From Actinomycetota bacterium (GTDB lineage Bacteria; Actinomycetota; Actinomycetes; Actinomycetales; Microbacteriaceae): a stretch of DNA of 62,214 bases. The position numbers and the translations under genes were made by a program. A model generated the notes under the pieces. The model was not told where the DNA came from. It made no database searches and worked only from the letters and a program-made list of their open reading frames with translations. How positions within the stretch are numbered: the first letter of the stretch is position 1; every line of letters starts with the position of its first letter. Of this stretch, positions 29,344 to 40,500 are shown in pieces. The DNA lies in NCBI GenBank assembly GCA_018268435.1, contig JAFDWP010000159.1, forward strand, positions 1 through 62,214. The letters run 5' to 3'.

Positions 29344-30438
29344 CCAGGGCTGTCCTGCCTGAATCGCGATCGTCGCTTGCAGCGGGAGGACGCCGTTGCC
29401 GAGCGCGGTGATCTGTTGGTTCGGCGAGAGTCCGTGGTCGGAGTCGGTCACCCAGCCGAAAGGCAATCCCATCAACCACTCGACAAAGGCCGGCGCCGGT
29501 CGTGGTCCGGCAACCCCGTTCACAAGCGCGGGTGCTGGTGCTGGCCGTCCGGTGATGTGCTCCCACCGGGCGATGGCGTAGGCGTAGCGTCCCCAGCGTC
29601 GAAGATGTCCTCGATCAGGGACCACAGCATCTCCGGCTCGGCGCTCTTGGTCTGCGAGCCATCGGGCCCGTTGAGGGCGAGGTCGATGATCTGGTGCGAG
29701 AGGGCGATTGTTCCTCGCCTCGCCCGGACCTGTTCGAGGGATTCGCCGCCTCGTGTCGAGTCGGTAGCGAGCGGGGTCCTGAATAGCGTCTTGGCGGCGC
29801 GCGAGGATGAAGATGCGGAGCCGTGGGTGAGGAGCGCCGACAAGGGACGCTGGTAGGCCGATCCATTGCGCATCCATCCGCAGGTCGGCCAGATCGCCGA
29901 GTACGGCGCCGGCTGCCCGGAGAGGTCGAGCTGCCCTGTCTCCCACACCCCACGGGTCGGGTTCCAAGTTGCGAAGGGTTGCACGGCCGGGGGTTGCATC
30001 GTCGGGGTTGCGCTCATCGTCGTCTCCTTCCAGGGATGCGCGGACGGCGGGTGAAGACAAGAGGCCGCGCACGTTCTCGATGACGACGAGCTGGGGGTGC
30101 AGCGCGTCGATCGCTTCGGCCATGTGCGACCAGAGCCCGGATCGGGTGCCGGGGGCGAGGCCGGCCTGTTTGCCTACCGTCGATACGTCTTGGCACGGGA
30201 ATCCGCCGCACAGCACGTCGACCGGCGGCACCGTCCGCCAGTCGATGCCGGTGATGTCGCCCAGGTTGGGCGCGTCGGGCCAGTGGTGCGCGAAGACACG
30301 AGCCACAGTCGCGTTGTTCTCGGAGAACCAGATCGTCTCGGCGCCTAGGGCGTGCTCGACGGCGAGGTCGAGTCCGCCGTAACCCGAGAACAGCGAGCCG
30401 ACTCTGAGTGGTCGGCTGTGGTCGTTGGTGTCGTGCAT
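29341..30438 (-). CDS. DNA (cytosine-5) methyltransferase
   Basis: FSGYGG (I), GFPCQ (IV), ENV (VI), H.R.R (VIII), LGNGV (X). Confidence 0.92.
   Translation of the reverse strand: MHDTNDHSRPLRVGSLFSGYGGLDLAVEHALGAETIWFSENNATVARVFAHHWPDAPNLGDITGIDWRTVPPVDVLCGGFPCQDVSTVGKQAGLAPGTRSGLWSHMAEAIDALHPQLVVIENVRGLLSSPAVRASLEGDDDERNPDDATPGRATLRNLEPDPWGVGDRAARPLRAAGAVLGDLADLRMDAQWIGLPASLVGAPHPRLRIFILARRQDAIQDPARYRLDTRRRIPRTGPGEARNNRPLAPDHRPRPQRARWLADQERRAGDAVVPDRGHLRRWGRYAYAIARWEHITGRPAPAPALVNGVAGPRPAPAFVEWLMGLPFGWVTDSDHGLSPNQQITALGNGVLPLQATIAIQAGQPW
29520..30017 (-). CDS. Nested out-of-frame ORF inside the methylase, probable second subunit
   Basis: GAAGGAG 6 nt before ATG; WPTCGWMRNG and FRTPLATD segments. 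Confidence 0.6.
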   Translation of the reverse strand: MSATPTMQPPAVQPFATWNPTRGVWETGQLDLSGQPAPYSAIWPTCGWMRNGSAYQRPLSALLTHGSASSSSRAAKTLFRTPLATDSTRGGESLEQVRARRGTIALSHQIIDLALNGPDGSQTKSAEPEMLWSLIEDIFDAGDATPTPSPGGSTSPDGQHQHPRL

Positions 30439-30747
30439 GGAGGCTCCGGCTGGCAGGCGATCCCCGGCGGGACTTCGCTTGTGTTCTCGCCGCCGGGCTG
30501 GTCACCGCCCAGGTGCACGACCACCTGAACCATGCCGGCGCTTCCGCCGCTCTCCGAAGCGATCCGCAGCCGGACGAGCCGTCCGAGCCCGCGCCCTTCG
30601 CCCGCTCGCACCGCGGCCCTCGGCGCTTGCCTCTCTGAGGCATCACACGTCTTTCAGACGAGGCCGACGCCGCCCTAGGGCGGCGGAAAGGAGGGGCGCT
30701 GCCCGGTCGGTCGGCACCCACCTGGCACCGACGAAAGAGGTTCGGCG

Positions 30748-33309
30748 GTGACGGTTTCGATGCGGGTGATGTCGGCGGGCGATGGCTACAAGTACCTTCT
30801 GAAGTCCGTCGCGGCGGGCGACGGCGACCGTTCCCTCTCCACTCCGCTGACCCGCTACTACACCGAGGCGGGCACCCCGCCGGGGTTCTGGATGGGCTCG
30901 GGGCTGGGCCGGCTCGGCCACGGTGAGCTGGTCGAGGGCGCCCAGGTGTCCGAAGCCCAGCTCCAGCTCTTGATCGGGATGGGGCACGACCCGATCACCG
31001 GCGACCCGTTGGGCCGCGCCTACCAGCAGTTCGCCTCCGTCGCGGAACGGATCGAGCAGCGCGTGAACGCCCTCAACTCCGAGCTGGGGCCAGCCGCGCG
31101 GGCGCAGGAGGTCGCCGCGATCGAGGCCGAGGAAGCCGAGCGCGGCACCCGTCGCGCCGTCGCGGGCTATGACTTCACGTTCTCGGTGCCGAAGTCGGTT
31201 TCCGCGATCTGGGCGGTCGCGGACGCGGGCACGCAGACGTTGATCGCGGGCGCGCATCACGCGGCAGTTGCAGAGCTGGTTGCGTTCCTCGAACGCGAGG
31301 TTGCAGCGACGCGCGTCGGCACAACCGGCCCGGACGGAGCGGTTGCGCATGTCGATGTCGCCGGTGTCGCAGCGGCGGCGTTCGACCACTACGACAGTCG
31401 ATCTGCCGACCCGCAGTTGCACACGCACGTCGTCATCAGCAACAAAGTGCTGACCGTGCAAGACGGCCGCTGGCGCACCCTCGCCGGCCGGCCGATGCAC
31501 TCGGCGGTCGTGGCGGTCTCCGAGCTGTACAACGCGGCACTGGCCGATCGACTCGCGGCCACGCTCGGAGTCGAGTGGGCGACGCGGGAACGCGGTCGGG
31601 ATCGTAACCCGGCCTGGGAAATCGAGGGCGTGCCGGACGAGCTGATCGGTGAGTTCTCCACCCGCTCCCGGCACATCGAGGCCGAGAAGGATCGCCTGAT
31701 CGCGGAGTACGTCGCCCGGCACGGCCGGCAGCCGTCCGCCCGGACGGTGCTGAAGCTCCGGGCGCAGGCGACGCTCGCCACCCGGCCGGACAAGCAGATC
31801 AGGTCGCTGGCCAACCTCACCGGCGAGTGGCGACAGCGCGCCGGCCGGGTGCTCGGGCAGGACGCGACCGGCTGGGCGCGCACCCTCACCAGCATCGCCG
31901 CCGAGGCACCGCGCGCGGCGCTGCGCGCTGACGACGTGCCGCTGGACGTGCTGGGTGAGGTCGGGCAGAGCGTGATGGAGACGGTCGGCGAGAAGCGTTC
32001 GACCTGGACTCGCTGGAACCTGCACGCCGAAGCGTCCCGGCAGTTGATGGGGTGGCGGTTCGCGAGCATCGAAGATCGCGAGGCGATCACCGGGCTCGTG
32101 GTCGACGCCGCCGAGCGCGCCTCCCTGCGGCTGACCCCGCCCGAGCTCGCGACCAGCCCGCTCGAGTTCCGCCGCCCGGACGGCACGACCCGGTTCCGCC
32201 CACGGCACTCGACCCTGTTCTCATCCGAGACGCTGCTGGCCGCCGAAGACCGCCTCCTGGCCCGCGCCGCCGACACCAGTGGCCCGGTCGTGTCGCTGGA
32301 GGTCGTGGAGAAGGTCACCAGCCGACCCGACTCCCAGCACCGGATGCTGGGCGAGGATCAGGCCGCGGCGCTGGCCGCGATCGCCCTCTCCGGCCGGGTC
32401 GTGGATGTCCTGGTCGGCCCAGCCGGTGCGGGAAAGACCACGGCGATGAACGGGCTGCGCCGTGCCTGGGAGAAGGAGCACGGCCGCGGCTCCGTGGTTG
32501 GGCTCGCCCCGTCGGCGGTCGCCGCGCAGGTCCTCGCCGACGACCTCGGGATCGCCACGGAGAACACGGCCAAGTGGTGGGACATCCACATTCGCACCGG
32601 GGTGACCTTCACCGCCGGGCAGCTCGTCATCATCGACGAGGCATCCCTGGCCGGCACCGCCTCCCTCGACCGGATCACCAACGAGGCGGAGCAAGCCGGC
32701 GCGAAAGTGCTCCTGGTCGGAGACTGGGGCCAACTCCAATCGGTCGATGCCGGCGGCGCGTTCACGATGCTCGTCCACGCCCGAGACGACACCCCGGAGC
32801 TGAGCGACATCCACCGCTTCATCCACGCGTGGGAGAAGACGACCTCGCTGCAACTCCGCCACGGGCGGCCCGAAGCGATCGACACCCTCATCGACCACGA
32901 CCGGATCACCGGCGGCGAGGCCGAGGCAATGATCGACGCCGCCTACCGGGCGTGGCAGCGTGATCTTGCCGCCGGGCTCGCGTCGATCCTGGTGGCCGAG
33001 ACGCACGAGACGGTGACCACGCTCAACGTGAGGGCGCGGGCGGATCGGATCATCGACGGTGCCGTGAACCCGACCCGGGAACTGCCCCTGCACGACGGAA
33101 CGGCCGTCTCCGCAGGCGATCTGGTCATCACCCGGCACAACGACCGCCGGCTCCGCAACGGGCGGACCTGGGTCCGCAACGGTGCCCGCTGGATCGTCAC
33201 GCAGGTCCGCGAGGACGGATCGGTCAGCATCCGCCCGGCCGGCCGCAGGTTCGGCGGCGGGATCGTCCTGCCCGCCGACTACGTGGCCGAGCACCTGGAC
33301 CTGGGCTAG
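30748..33309 (+). pseudogene. MobF (TrwC-type) relaxase/helicase, N-terminal part, interrupted
   Basis: YKYL..RYY, HYDSR..DPQLHTH, GPAGAGKT, IIDEA; ends at EHLDLG with an insertion-created TAG. Confidence 0.92.
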
Positions 33310-33335
33310 CCGAGGTTCTGTAAACGCACCTACCT
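33291..33335. other. Left att junction of nested element
   Basis: CTGGGC-TA-GCCGAGGT-TCTG-TAAACGCAC. Confidence 0.85.
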
Positions 33336-33364
33336 CTCACACGAGTAGGAAGGTGGGCCGACTG

Positions 33365-34942
33365 ATGGGCCAGAACCAGCAGGAACAGAGTACGGGGTCA
33401 GTGTCGCCGTTGCGGGCGGTGGTGTATGTGCGGATCAGTGATGATCCCGAGAGTACCGAGCGTGGGGTGGATCGGCAGGAGGCCGATTGCCGCGCCTACG
33501 CTGTCGCGCACGGCTGGGAGGTCGCGGCGGTGTTCCGTGAGAATGACACGTCGGCGTTCAAGCAGCGCACGATCACGCTGGCATCGGGTGAGCGGGTGCG
33601 CCGCGTGGTTCGCCCAGAGTTCCGCGCGATGCTCAAGCACCTGGCCGATGGACAGGCGCAAGTGATGATCGCCTACGACCTGGATCGAGCGGTACGCGAC
33701 CCCAGAGATTTGGAGGACTTGATCGACGCGAAAGTGCTGGCCGGGTTCACCGTGCGCTCGGTCACCGGCTCCCTACGGTTGGACACCGATTCGGATGTAG
33801 CGATGGCCAGGGTGCTGGTAGCGATGGCGAACAAGTCCAGCGCCGACACCGCCCGCCGAGTCGCCCGCGCAGCCAAGCAGCAAGCCATTGAGGGCACCTG
33901 GCACGGCGGCAGGGTGCCGTTCGGCTACCGCGCCGAGTCCGGTGCCCTCGTCGTTGATCCGGTGGCGGGGCCGATGGTGGCCGAGGCCGCGCAGCGGGTG
34001 CTGGCCGGTGAGTCGCTGTACCGGATTCGCAAGGACTGGAACGAGCGCGGCGTGCTGACCACCCACGGGTGCGCGTGGTCGGATAAGACGATCAAGATGG
34101 TGCTGCGCAGCCCCTCCATCAAAGGCGTGCGCGAGTACCGCCCCGTATTGCCGGACGGCACCCGTGCGAAGACCTCGCAGATGCAGGTGAAAGCCGCCTG
34201 GCCTGCGATTCTCGATGAGGACACCTGGCAGCAGGTCTCCGATGTGCTCGATGCGCGGAAGCAGGCGCGGAACTTCCATCAGCCCGGCAGTGGGGCGGCG
34301 AAGCGCATGTATCCGTTCTCGGGGCTGATCCGCTGCTCAGCGTGTGGGCGGGCGATGCTCCACCGAGGCAACGTGTATCAGTGCGTGCAGGCCACCCGCG
34401 GCGGATGTCACCGCTCGATCCGCTCCGCCGACATCTTGAAACTGGTGGAAGAAGCGGTGCTGGCAACATTCGAGCAAATCACCCTGGCCCCGTCGAAGCG
34501 GGCGACGCCGAGCGTGGACGCGGGTGCGCGGGTCGGTCTCGCCGCGAGGCTGGATGCTGACCGGGAACGCCTGGCCCGATTGGACGACGATCACTATGAC
34601 GGGTTGATCGACAAGGCGATGTGGGTGCGGCAGCGGGCCAGGATCGCCGAGCGGATCGAGGTCACCCGGCGTGAGTACGCCGCCGCCATGCCCGAACAGG
34701 AGGGGCCGGGCATCGACGTGACCACCGTCGCCAAAGAATGGGCGGGGCGTACCCCGTTGTGGCAGTACCAGGCCACCAGCCTGATCTTGGAAGCCGTGCT
34801 CGTCCACGCTCTGCCGAACGGGATGAACGGTGCGACCCCAGCACGTCGCCGCAACGAGACGGTTGAGGCGTTCCACACCCGCCGCACCGTGTACCGCGCC
34901 GAGGTGCTGGCCCGCCGGGTGGAGTTCGTCTGGCGAGCCTGA
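33365..34942 (+). CDS. Large serine recombinase
   Basis: YVRIS catalytic Ser, DLDRAVR, PFGY, zinc ribbon CSAC, coiled coil. Confidence 0.93.
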   Translation: MGQNQQEQSTGSVSPLRAVVYVRISDDPESTERGVDRQEADCRAYAVAHGWEVAAVFRENDTSAFKQRTITLASGERVRRVVRPEFRAMLKHLADGQAQVMIAYDLDRAVRDPRDLEDLIDAKVLAGFTVRSVTGSLRLDTDSDVAMARVLVAMANKSSADTARRVARAAKQQAIEGTWHGGRVPFGYRAESGALVVDPVAGPMVAEAAQRVLAGESLYRIRKDWNERGVLTTHGCAWSDKTIKMVLRSPSIKGVREYRPVLPDGTRAKTSQMQVKAAWPAILDEDTWQQVSDVLDARKQARNFHQPGSGAAKRMYPFSGLIRCSACGRAMLHRGNVYQCVQATRGGCHRSIRSADILKLVEEAVLATFEQITLAPSKRATPSVDAGARVGLAARLDADRERLARLDDDHYDGLIDKAMWVRQRARIAERIEVTRREYAAAMPEQEGPGIDVTTVAKEWAGRTPLWQYQATSLILEAVLVHALPNGMNGATPARRRNETVEAFHTRRTVYRAEVLARRVEFVWRA

Positions 34943-34996
34943 GCACGGCCACCCGCAGGGCGTTGTCGGCCCCGCATCTTGACCAGCGCAAGCGGT

Positions 34997-35227
34997 TCAG
35001 GGTGCGGGGCCTTTCCGTATCTTCGAGACAATGCGCTTGTTGGGGCGAGGTGCCGTGCAGAGTCCTCGCAGTTCGTCCAGCACCGCCGGATCGTCCACCG
35101 TCGCGGGCAAACCCTGCGCCTGACGTGAGGCAGCGGCCAGGCGTGCTCCCAACGTGAAAGCAGCATGCTGTGACGACGGCGCGGAACGGTCAGGAGTGAC
35201 GGAGGCGGGTGCGGTGGGGATGCTCAT
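34997..35227 (-). CDS. Small hypothetical protein (possible directionality factor)
   Basis: 76 aa, convergent with the integrase; GTACCT 6 nt before ATG. Confidence 0.5.
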   Translation of the reverse strand: MSIPTAPASVTPDRSAPSSQHAAFTLGARLAAASRQAQGLPATVDDPAVLDELRGLCTAPRPNKRIVSKIRKGPAP

Positions 35228-35267
35228 GCTGATAGGTACGACGCCCCTCCCACAGACTCGCGGTGGT

Positions 35268-36143
35268 TCAGGGTTCGGCCTGCTTGTCTGGGTTGGCGGC
35301 CCATATCGCAGCCAGCAGGCCGGTGTCGCAGCGCAGGGAGTCGAGGGGTTCGCCGCTGAGCAGGCGCAGCAGCACCCCGTCGCCAGTCGCAGTACCAGCG
35401 TGTTTCGGAGCGGGATGCCCGAGCACGATCCGCAGCAAGGCAGCCCACGACGTCGACGGTACCCCGAGCAGCTCCGGGATAGCGCGGTCGCGGCGTAGCA
35501 CCTCTACCGCGTTCGGCCGGGAGGTCAGATCGCCGAGCCGGTAGGCGACGTGCTCGATGCAGTCGGTCACGAGCACGGCATCCCATCCGGCCGAGGCGAA
35601 CAGCCCGACTATCTCCGATAGGACGGCAGCGACCCGAGCGCGCTCGCTGCCGTCGAAGTCTTCCTCATTGTCGGTGGTGGGGTTGACGGCGAACGCGGGG
35701 TGGTAGTCGGCCAGGTTCTCTCGCTCCGCGAACCGGATGGCGTCGTGGAAGCCGACGATTCTGGCCGTGTGGCGCACCTTGCTCGGCGAGACGAGCATCC
35801 CCGCCGCCCGCACTTCGACGCCACAGGTGATCTTCATCGCGCGAGTGACGACCGCCCACGGGTTTCCGGCGTTCCTGGTCGAGGGGGCGAGCATGACCTC
35901 GAATGCTGCCGAGGCAATCTCCCACTCATCCAGTGCGTACTTGCGGGCCAGGCGTCGATACCTCTCTGCCGTGTACCGCATGAGTTCCGCGGCTTCACGG
36001 TCACTGCGCCAGGCCCCAGGCCCGGCCTCGTGCAACCGGATCAGCAGGGTGCGTAAGCCCTCTGGTGTCTCGAACCCGTGGCGTGGCGAGCCATCCTGGG
36101 CTGCGGCGTCGTCGCCTGTAGTGGGTGGGGTGTGTTCGGTCAC
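35268..36143 (-). CDS. Paralog of 19264-20148 (possible sigma-like factor)
   Basis: Colinear similarity along the whole length; GGAGG RBS. Confidence 0.75.
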   Translation of the reverse strand: MTEHTPPTTGDDAAAQDGSPRHGFETPEGLRTLLIRLHEAGPGAWRSDREAAELMRYTAERYRRLARKYALDEWEIASAAFEVMLAPSTRNAGNPWAVVTRAMKITCGVEVRAAGMLVSPSKVRHTARIVGFHDAIRFAERENLADYHPAFAVNPTTDNEEDFDGSERARVAAVLSEIVGLFASAGWDAVLVTDCIEHVAYRLGDLTSRPNAVEVLRRDRAIPELLGVPSTSWAALLRIVLGHPAPKHAGTATGDGVLLRLLSGEPLDSLRCDTGLLAAIWAANPDKQAEP

Positions 36144-36370
36144 GGTGGCACCTCCCGTGAAGGAGGTGCGCCACCAGAACCCACGCCAGGACGTGAACCA
36201 GCACGCCGCTACAACCGTTCGTCAGTCGATACGTCGCTGCTTCCCCGGCGCAGCGCAGGTACGACTTGTCAGAAGGCCGCCCTGCAGCGATAGGAACGGC
36301 TGCGAATGCTCGCGCCGGGAATCATTCCGGCGCGAGCATCCGCAGTCGCTCTAGGGTGCGGTTTCGCGGG

Positions 36371-36571
36371 TCAAGACAGCGACCATTTGCCGACCTCTCG
36401 ATACTCCGAGTCGTAGATGGTCTCGGTAATCGGCTGGGCGAGGTCGTAATGCTTCATGTTGCCGCCCCAGTACCGCAGCACACGCGCCAGTTCCTCAACT
36501 GGATCTCCCGCGACGGCTCCCAGGTCTATGTCCAGGCGGAATCGGGTCGGGTTATCTGGGGAATCACTCAT
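36371..36571 (-). CDS. Small hypothetical protein
   Basis: 66 aa, non-repetitive; divergent from the MerR-like gene. Confidence 0.55.
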   Translation of the reverse strand: MSDSPDNPTRFRLDIDLGAVAGDPVEELARVLRYWGGNMKHYDLAQPITETIYDSEYREVGKWSLS

Positions 36572-36676
36572 ACTTCAAGTATAATATTGAACTGCTAGTT
36601 GAGGGTTGGAGGGTGTGGACTGCCGAAAATCCTGGACTGATGCCGTGTAAGCCTCAACTCGCACTCGAAAGGAACC

Positions 36677-37414
36677 ATGATGCGCCCCGTCGATCTGGCA
36701 ACCCGGGCCGGAGTCTCCACCCAACAGATTCGCAACCTCGAAGCCGCCGGAGTCCTCCCGCCTGCCGATCGCACAGGTTCGGGTTACCGGGTCTATCGCG
36801 GTGCGCACCTCAGCGCTCTACTCTGCTATCAGGCACTCGCACGCGGCCACGGCGCTGGATCAGCCCGTTCCATCATGGAAGCGTTGAGCACAGGACAGAT
36901 CGACCAAGCATTGGCCCTCCTTGATGCCAGCCACCACGAACTTCACCAGCAACGCCAGGCCCTTACCGAAACGAGCCAGGCCCTCACCCGTGTTGCCGCT
37001 GCGGTAGAGCATCACGCCGGCCCGGACGCGCCGTTGTCCATCGGAGAACTCGCGGACTATCTCGGGATACGCACGTCAGCGCTCCGCGTATGGGAACACG
37101 CTGGTCTGCTCGCCCCAGCTCGGCAGACCAGCCGCCGCCACCGGGTCTATGACAGCGAGGACGTCAGAGACGCCCGAATCATCCATCTCCTCCGGCAAGG
37201 ACGCTATCGCTTCGACCGCATCAGACCCATCATCACCGAACTCCGAGGAAGCAAGAGTGCCGATGCTCTACAGGCCGCGCTCACCGAACGACGAACCAGC
37301 CTGACACACCGAGCCAGAGCCATGCTCGACGGCGCAGCCCTCCTCCAACAACACATCACCGAGTTCATCGCCTCCGACGCACCCGCCCCGAGCGAACCAG
37401 TAACCGGCTCCTAA
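36677..37414 (+). CDS. Tandem-HTH MerR family (TioE-like) regulator
   Basis: RPVDLA..GVSTQQIRNLE..SGYRVY and SIGELA..TSALRVWE. Confidence 0.8.
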   Translation: MMRPVDLATRAGVSTQQIRNLEAAGVLPPADRTGSGYRVYRGAHLSALLCYQALARGHGAGSARSIMEALSTGQIDQALALLDASHHELHQQRQALTETSQALTRVAAAVEHHAGPDAPLSIGELADYLGIRTSALRVWEHAGLLAPARQTSRRHRVYDSEDVRDARIIHLLRQGRYRFDRIRPIITELRGSKSADALQAALTERRTSLTHRARAMLDGAALLQQHITEFIASDAPAPSEPVTGS

Positions 37415-37539
37415 CCCCAGCACCCCACCGACCGCTCGGCACCGGCCACCCTCTGCCTCTGAAACAACGGATGCACGTATGCCACCGCGGGTGGGGCGTG
37501 CGCACCTCCTTCATGAGACGACTCATGAGGGAGGCCAGG

Positions 37540-40500
37540 ATGAAGGGCGGGGTGATCCTGTTCCGCGGCACAGGTGCTGCCGCGCGCCGCTATGTCGAGG
37601 CCGACCGCTCCCGCGCCGACGAGTATTACCTGGGCGCGGACAACGCCTTGTCGGAGTACACGGTGCTCGATGCTAGCGGCGAGGTCACCGCCGCAATGTC
37701 ACTGTCGGCGGTCGAGTACGAGGGGTGGGTGGACTGGCACGATCCCGTCACGGGTGAGTCGATGGGCACGCCACGTAATCCGGGTGAGGGGTCGAAGGGT
37801 TCGCCGTTGTTCGCGGAGATGACGATTAACGCACCCAAGAGCCTGTCGGTCGCCGCCGCCCTCCACCCCGAAGTATCTAGCGCCCTCGACCAAGCGCAGC
37901 AGGATGCACTTGGAGAGATTCGCCGCTGGCTCGGCCAACACTCCGTCATCAGGGTCGGGCCGCGTGACGCGCGGGAAGTGCTGCCTATCGAGCAGATGCA
38001 GGTCGTCGGCATCCGCCACAAGACCTCGCGGGCTGGTGATCCGCACCGGCATATTCACATGCAGATCGGCACTCGGGTGTTTGCGGCTGGGAAGTGGCGG
38101 GCACTGGATACGGCGGCGTTGTTCAAGCAGCAAGGCGCGATCCGCGCCCTCGGAACCGCGGTCATCGCCGCGCACCCACACCTCGCGCAAACCCTCGCAG
38201 AGCATGGCCTGACCCTCGATCCCGTCTCCGGCGAGGTAGTTGAGTTGCAGCCATTCAATGGGGTGATGTCGAAGCGGTCTGCGCAGATCAGACGCAACCT
38301 CGTCCGGCTCGAAGCCGAATGGGAAACAGAGCACCCCGGCGAAGCTCTCGGCCCGATCATGACCGCGAAGTTGCAGGGCATCGCCTGGACACACAAGCGG
38401 CCAGGGAAGAAGCCGACTGATTTGAAGAACGAGCAGTGGTGGGTGCAGGAACTCCGCGACGCCGGATACGACCCCGCTGCACCTCGACGCAGCACCGTGC
38501 AGCGCCCGGTGCAGTTGGATGAACTTGCGGTGCAGGAGGTTGCATCACGGGCACTGGATCGCTGCGCCGCCGCATCATCAGCATGGACGAAACACAGCAT
38601 GCAGGAGCACGTCACCCGCATCACCACCGAACACGGAGTGCAAGCAACACCTGCCGAGCTGCGCGAGTTCATCAAGATAGCGACCGACCTTGCGGTCTCG
38701 GATTGCTTCTCCGTCCTGCCACCGGGTGCGGCGACGCCGGAACATGTCGCGCACCTGACCAGCCTCACCGTGATCGCCGCCGAAACCGCGCTCCGCGACC
38801 GCTTCGCCGCCACCACCCCAGAGCAAGAATCGAAGCACCCGGACATGACCGACGCCGCACAAGTAGCGGGGCTGAACAAAGGGCAGGCGGTCGCTGCTGC
38901 TGCGGTTGCATCATCTGACCCGTTGGTGATCGTGGAGGGTGCTGCGGGCAGCGGGAAGACGACGATGCTGCGCACCGCCATCGACGTCGCCGCCCAGCAC
39001 AGCAGGGCGTCACGGGTGGTTGCACCGACGCTGCGCGCGGCGCAGGTCGCGCACGAAGAACTCGGCATCCCCGCAACGAGCGTTGCGGCGCTCGTACATG
39101 CGCACGGATGGCGATGGAACTCCGATGGCGTATGGACACGCCTACACCCTGGCGACGCTGACCCCGACACCGGGCGCACCTTCACCGGCCCGCCCGACGA
39201 TGCTGTGCTGTCGCGGGGTGAACGGGTAATCGTGGACGAGGCCGGGATGCTCGACCAAGACACCGCCCACGCCCTCCTCACCATCACCACCGAAGCCGGA
39301 GCGACCGTCGCGCTTGTCGGCGACCGTGCCCAACTCCCCGCTGTCGGTCGGGGCGGGGTACTCGACATGGCCGCACAGATCAGGGGCCGTACATACGACA
39401 TGACCGAGCTGCACCGGTTCGCCGACGCCGAGTACGCGACACTCACGCTGACGATGCGCGACCGGGAGAACCCCGGCGAGGTGTTCGACCGGCTCACTGC
39501 CATGGGCCTCGTGATACTGCACGCGGACGAGGAACAAGCCCAGCAGCACATCACAGAGCAAGCTACTGAGGGTGAGGCGATCACGGTCGCCTCGAACGAC
39601 AAGGCAGCGGCGTTGAACGAGCGCATCCGCATGGGGCGGGTCGAGCGAGGCGAGGTTGATGACACGATCACGGCGACCGGCAGCGACGAGCTGCCTATCG
39701 GTCGGGGTGATCTGATCCAGACGAGGAGGAACGACCCCGCGCTTGGCGTGGCGAACCGGCAGCAATGGATCGTGCAGCACGTCGCTGGTAATGGCACCGT
39801 GTACGCCCGCGAGACCGGCAGCGGGCGCAGGAACCCCCGCACCGTCGCCCTCCCGCCTGAGTACGTGAGTGAACACGCGCACCTGTCCTACGCAGCAACC
39901 GCGTACGGCGTCCAGGGCGCAACCGTCAACGCCTCCCACACGATGCTGACTGAGGCGACGAGCGCGGCAGGCGTCTACGTTGGCATGACCCGAGGCCGCG
40001 AGCACAACTGGCTGCACGTTGTTGCCGAGGATATGGCGGAGGCTCGGGCGCAGTTCGTTGCAGCGACGGAGCGCGATCCCGCAGACCGGGGCCTCGACCA
40101 CGCCACCGCACAAGCCGCCGAAGCCGTGCGTGGCATCGTCAAGGACGGCCCGATCCAGCGCGTCACCGAAGAACTCGCCAGACTCGACAGGGAAGCCGAA
40201 CGTGCTGAGCGGCATGCGGATCGATGGGAGCAGGCCGCCAACCGGCTCGATGCCCAACGCGCTGCGCACCGGGCCGAGAGCGACGAGAGCACCGCCGCGC
40301 TTCGCCAGGCCGAGGAAGAGGCCGCGCGGGTGCGTGCCAAGGTCGCCGCGCCCCTCACCAAGCAAGCCGAACAAGACGGAGCGACGTACCTTGCCAGAGT
40401 AGAAGCAGAGAGGACAGCGAGCACACGCCTCGCCACTGTCGGGCGATTCGGGCGGCGTAAGGCCCGCGACGAGCACCGCGCCGCCAGCGAACAAGCAGCA

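Noticed and set aside
29341-30438. Restriction-modification system
   Set aside because: No endonuclease gene nearby; appears to be an orphan methylase
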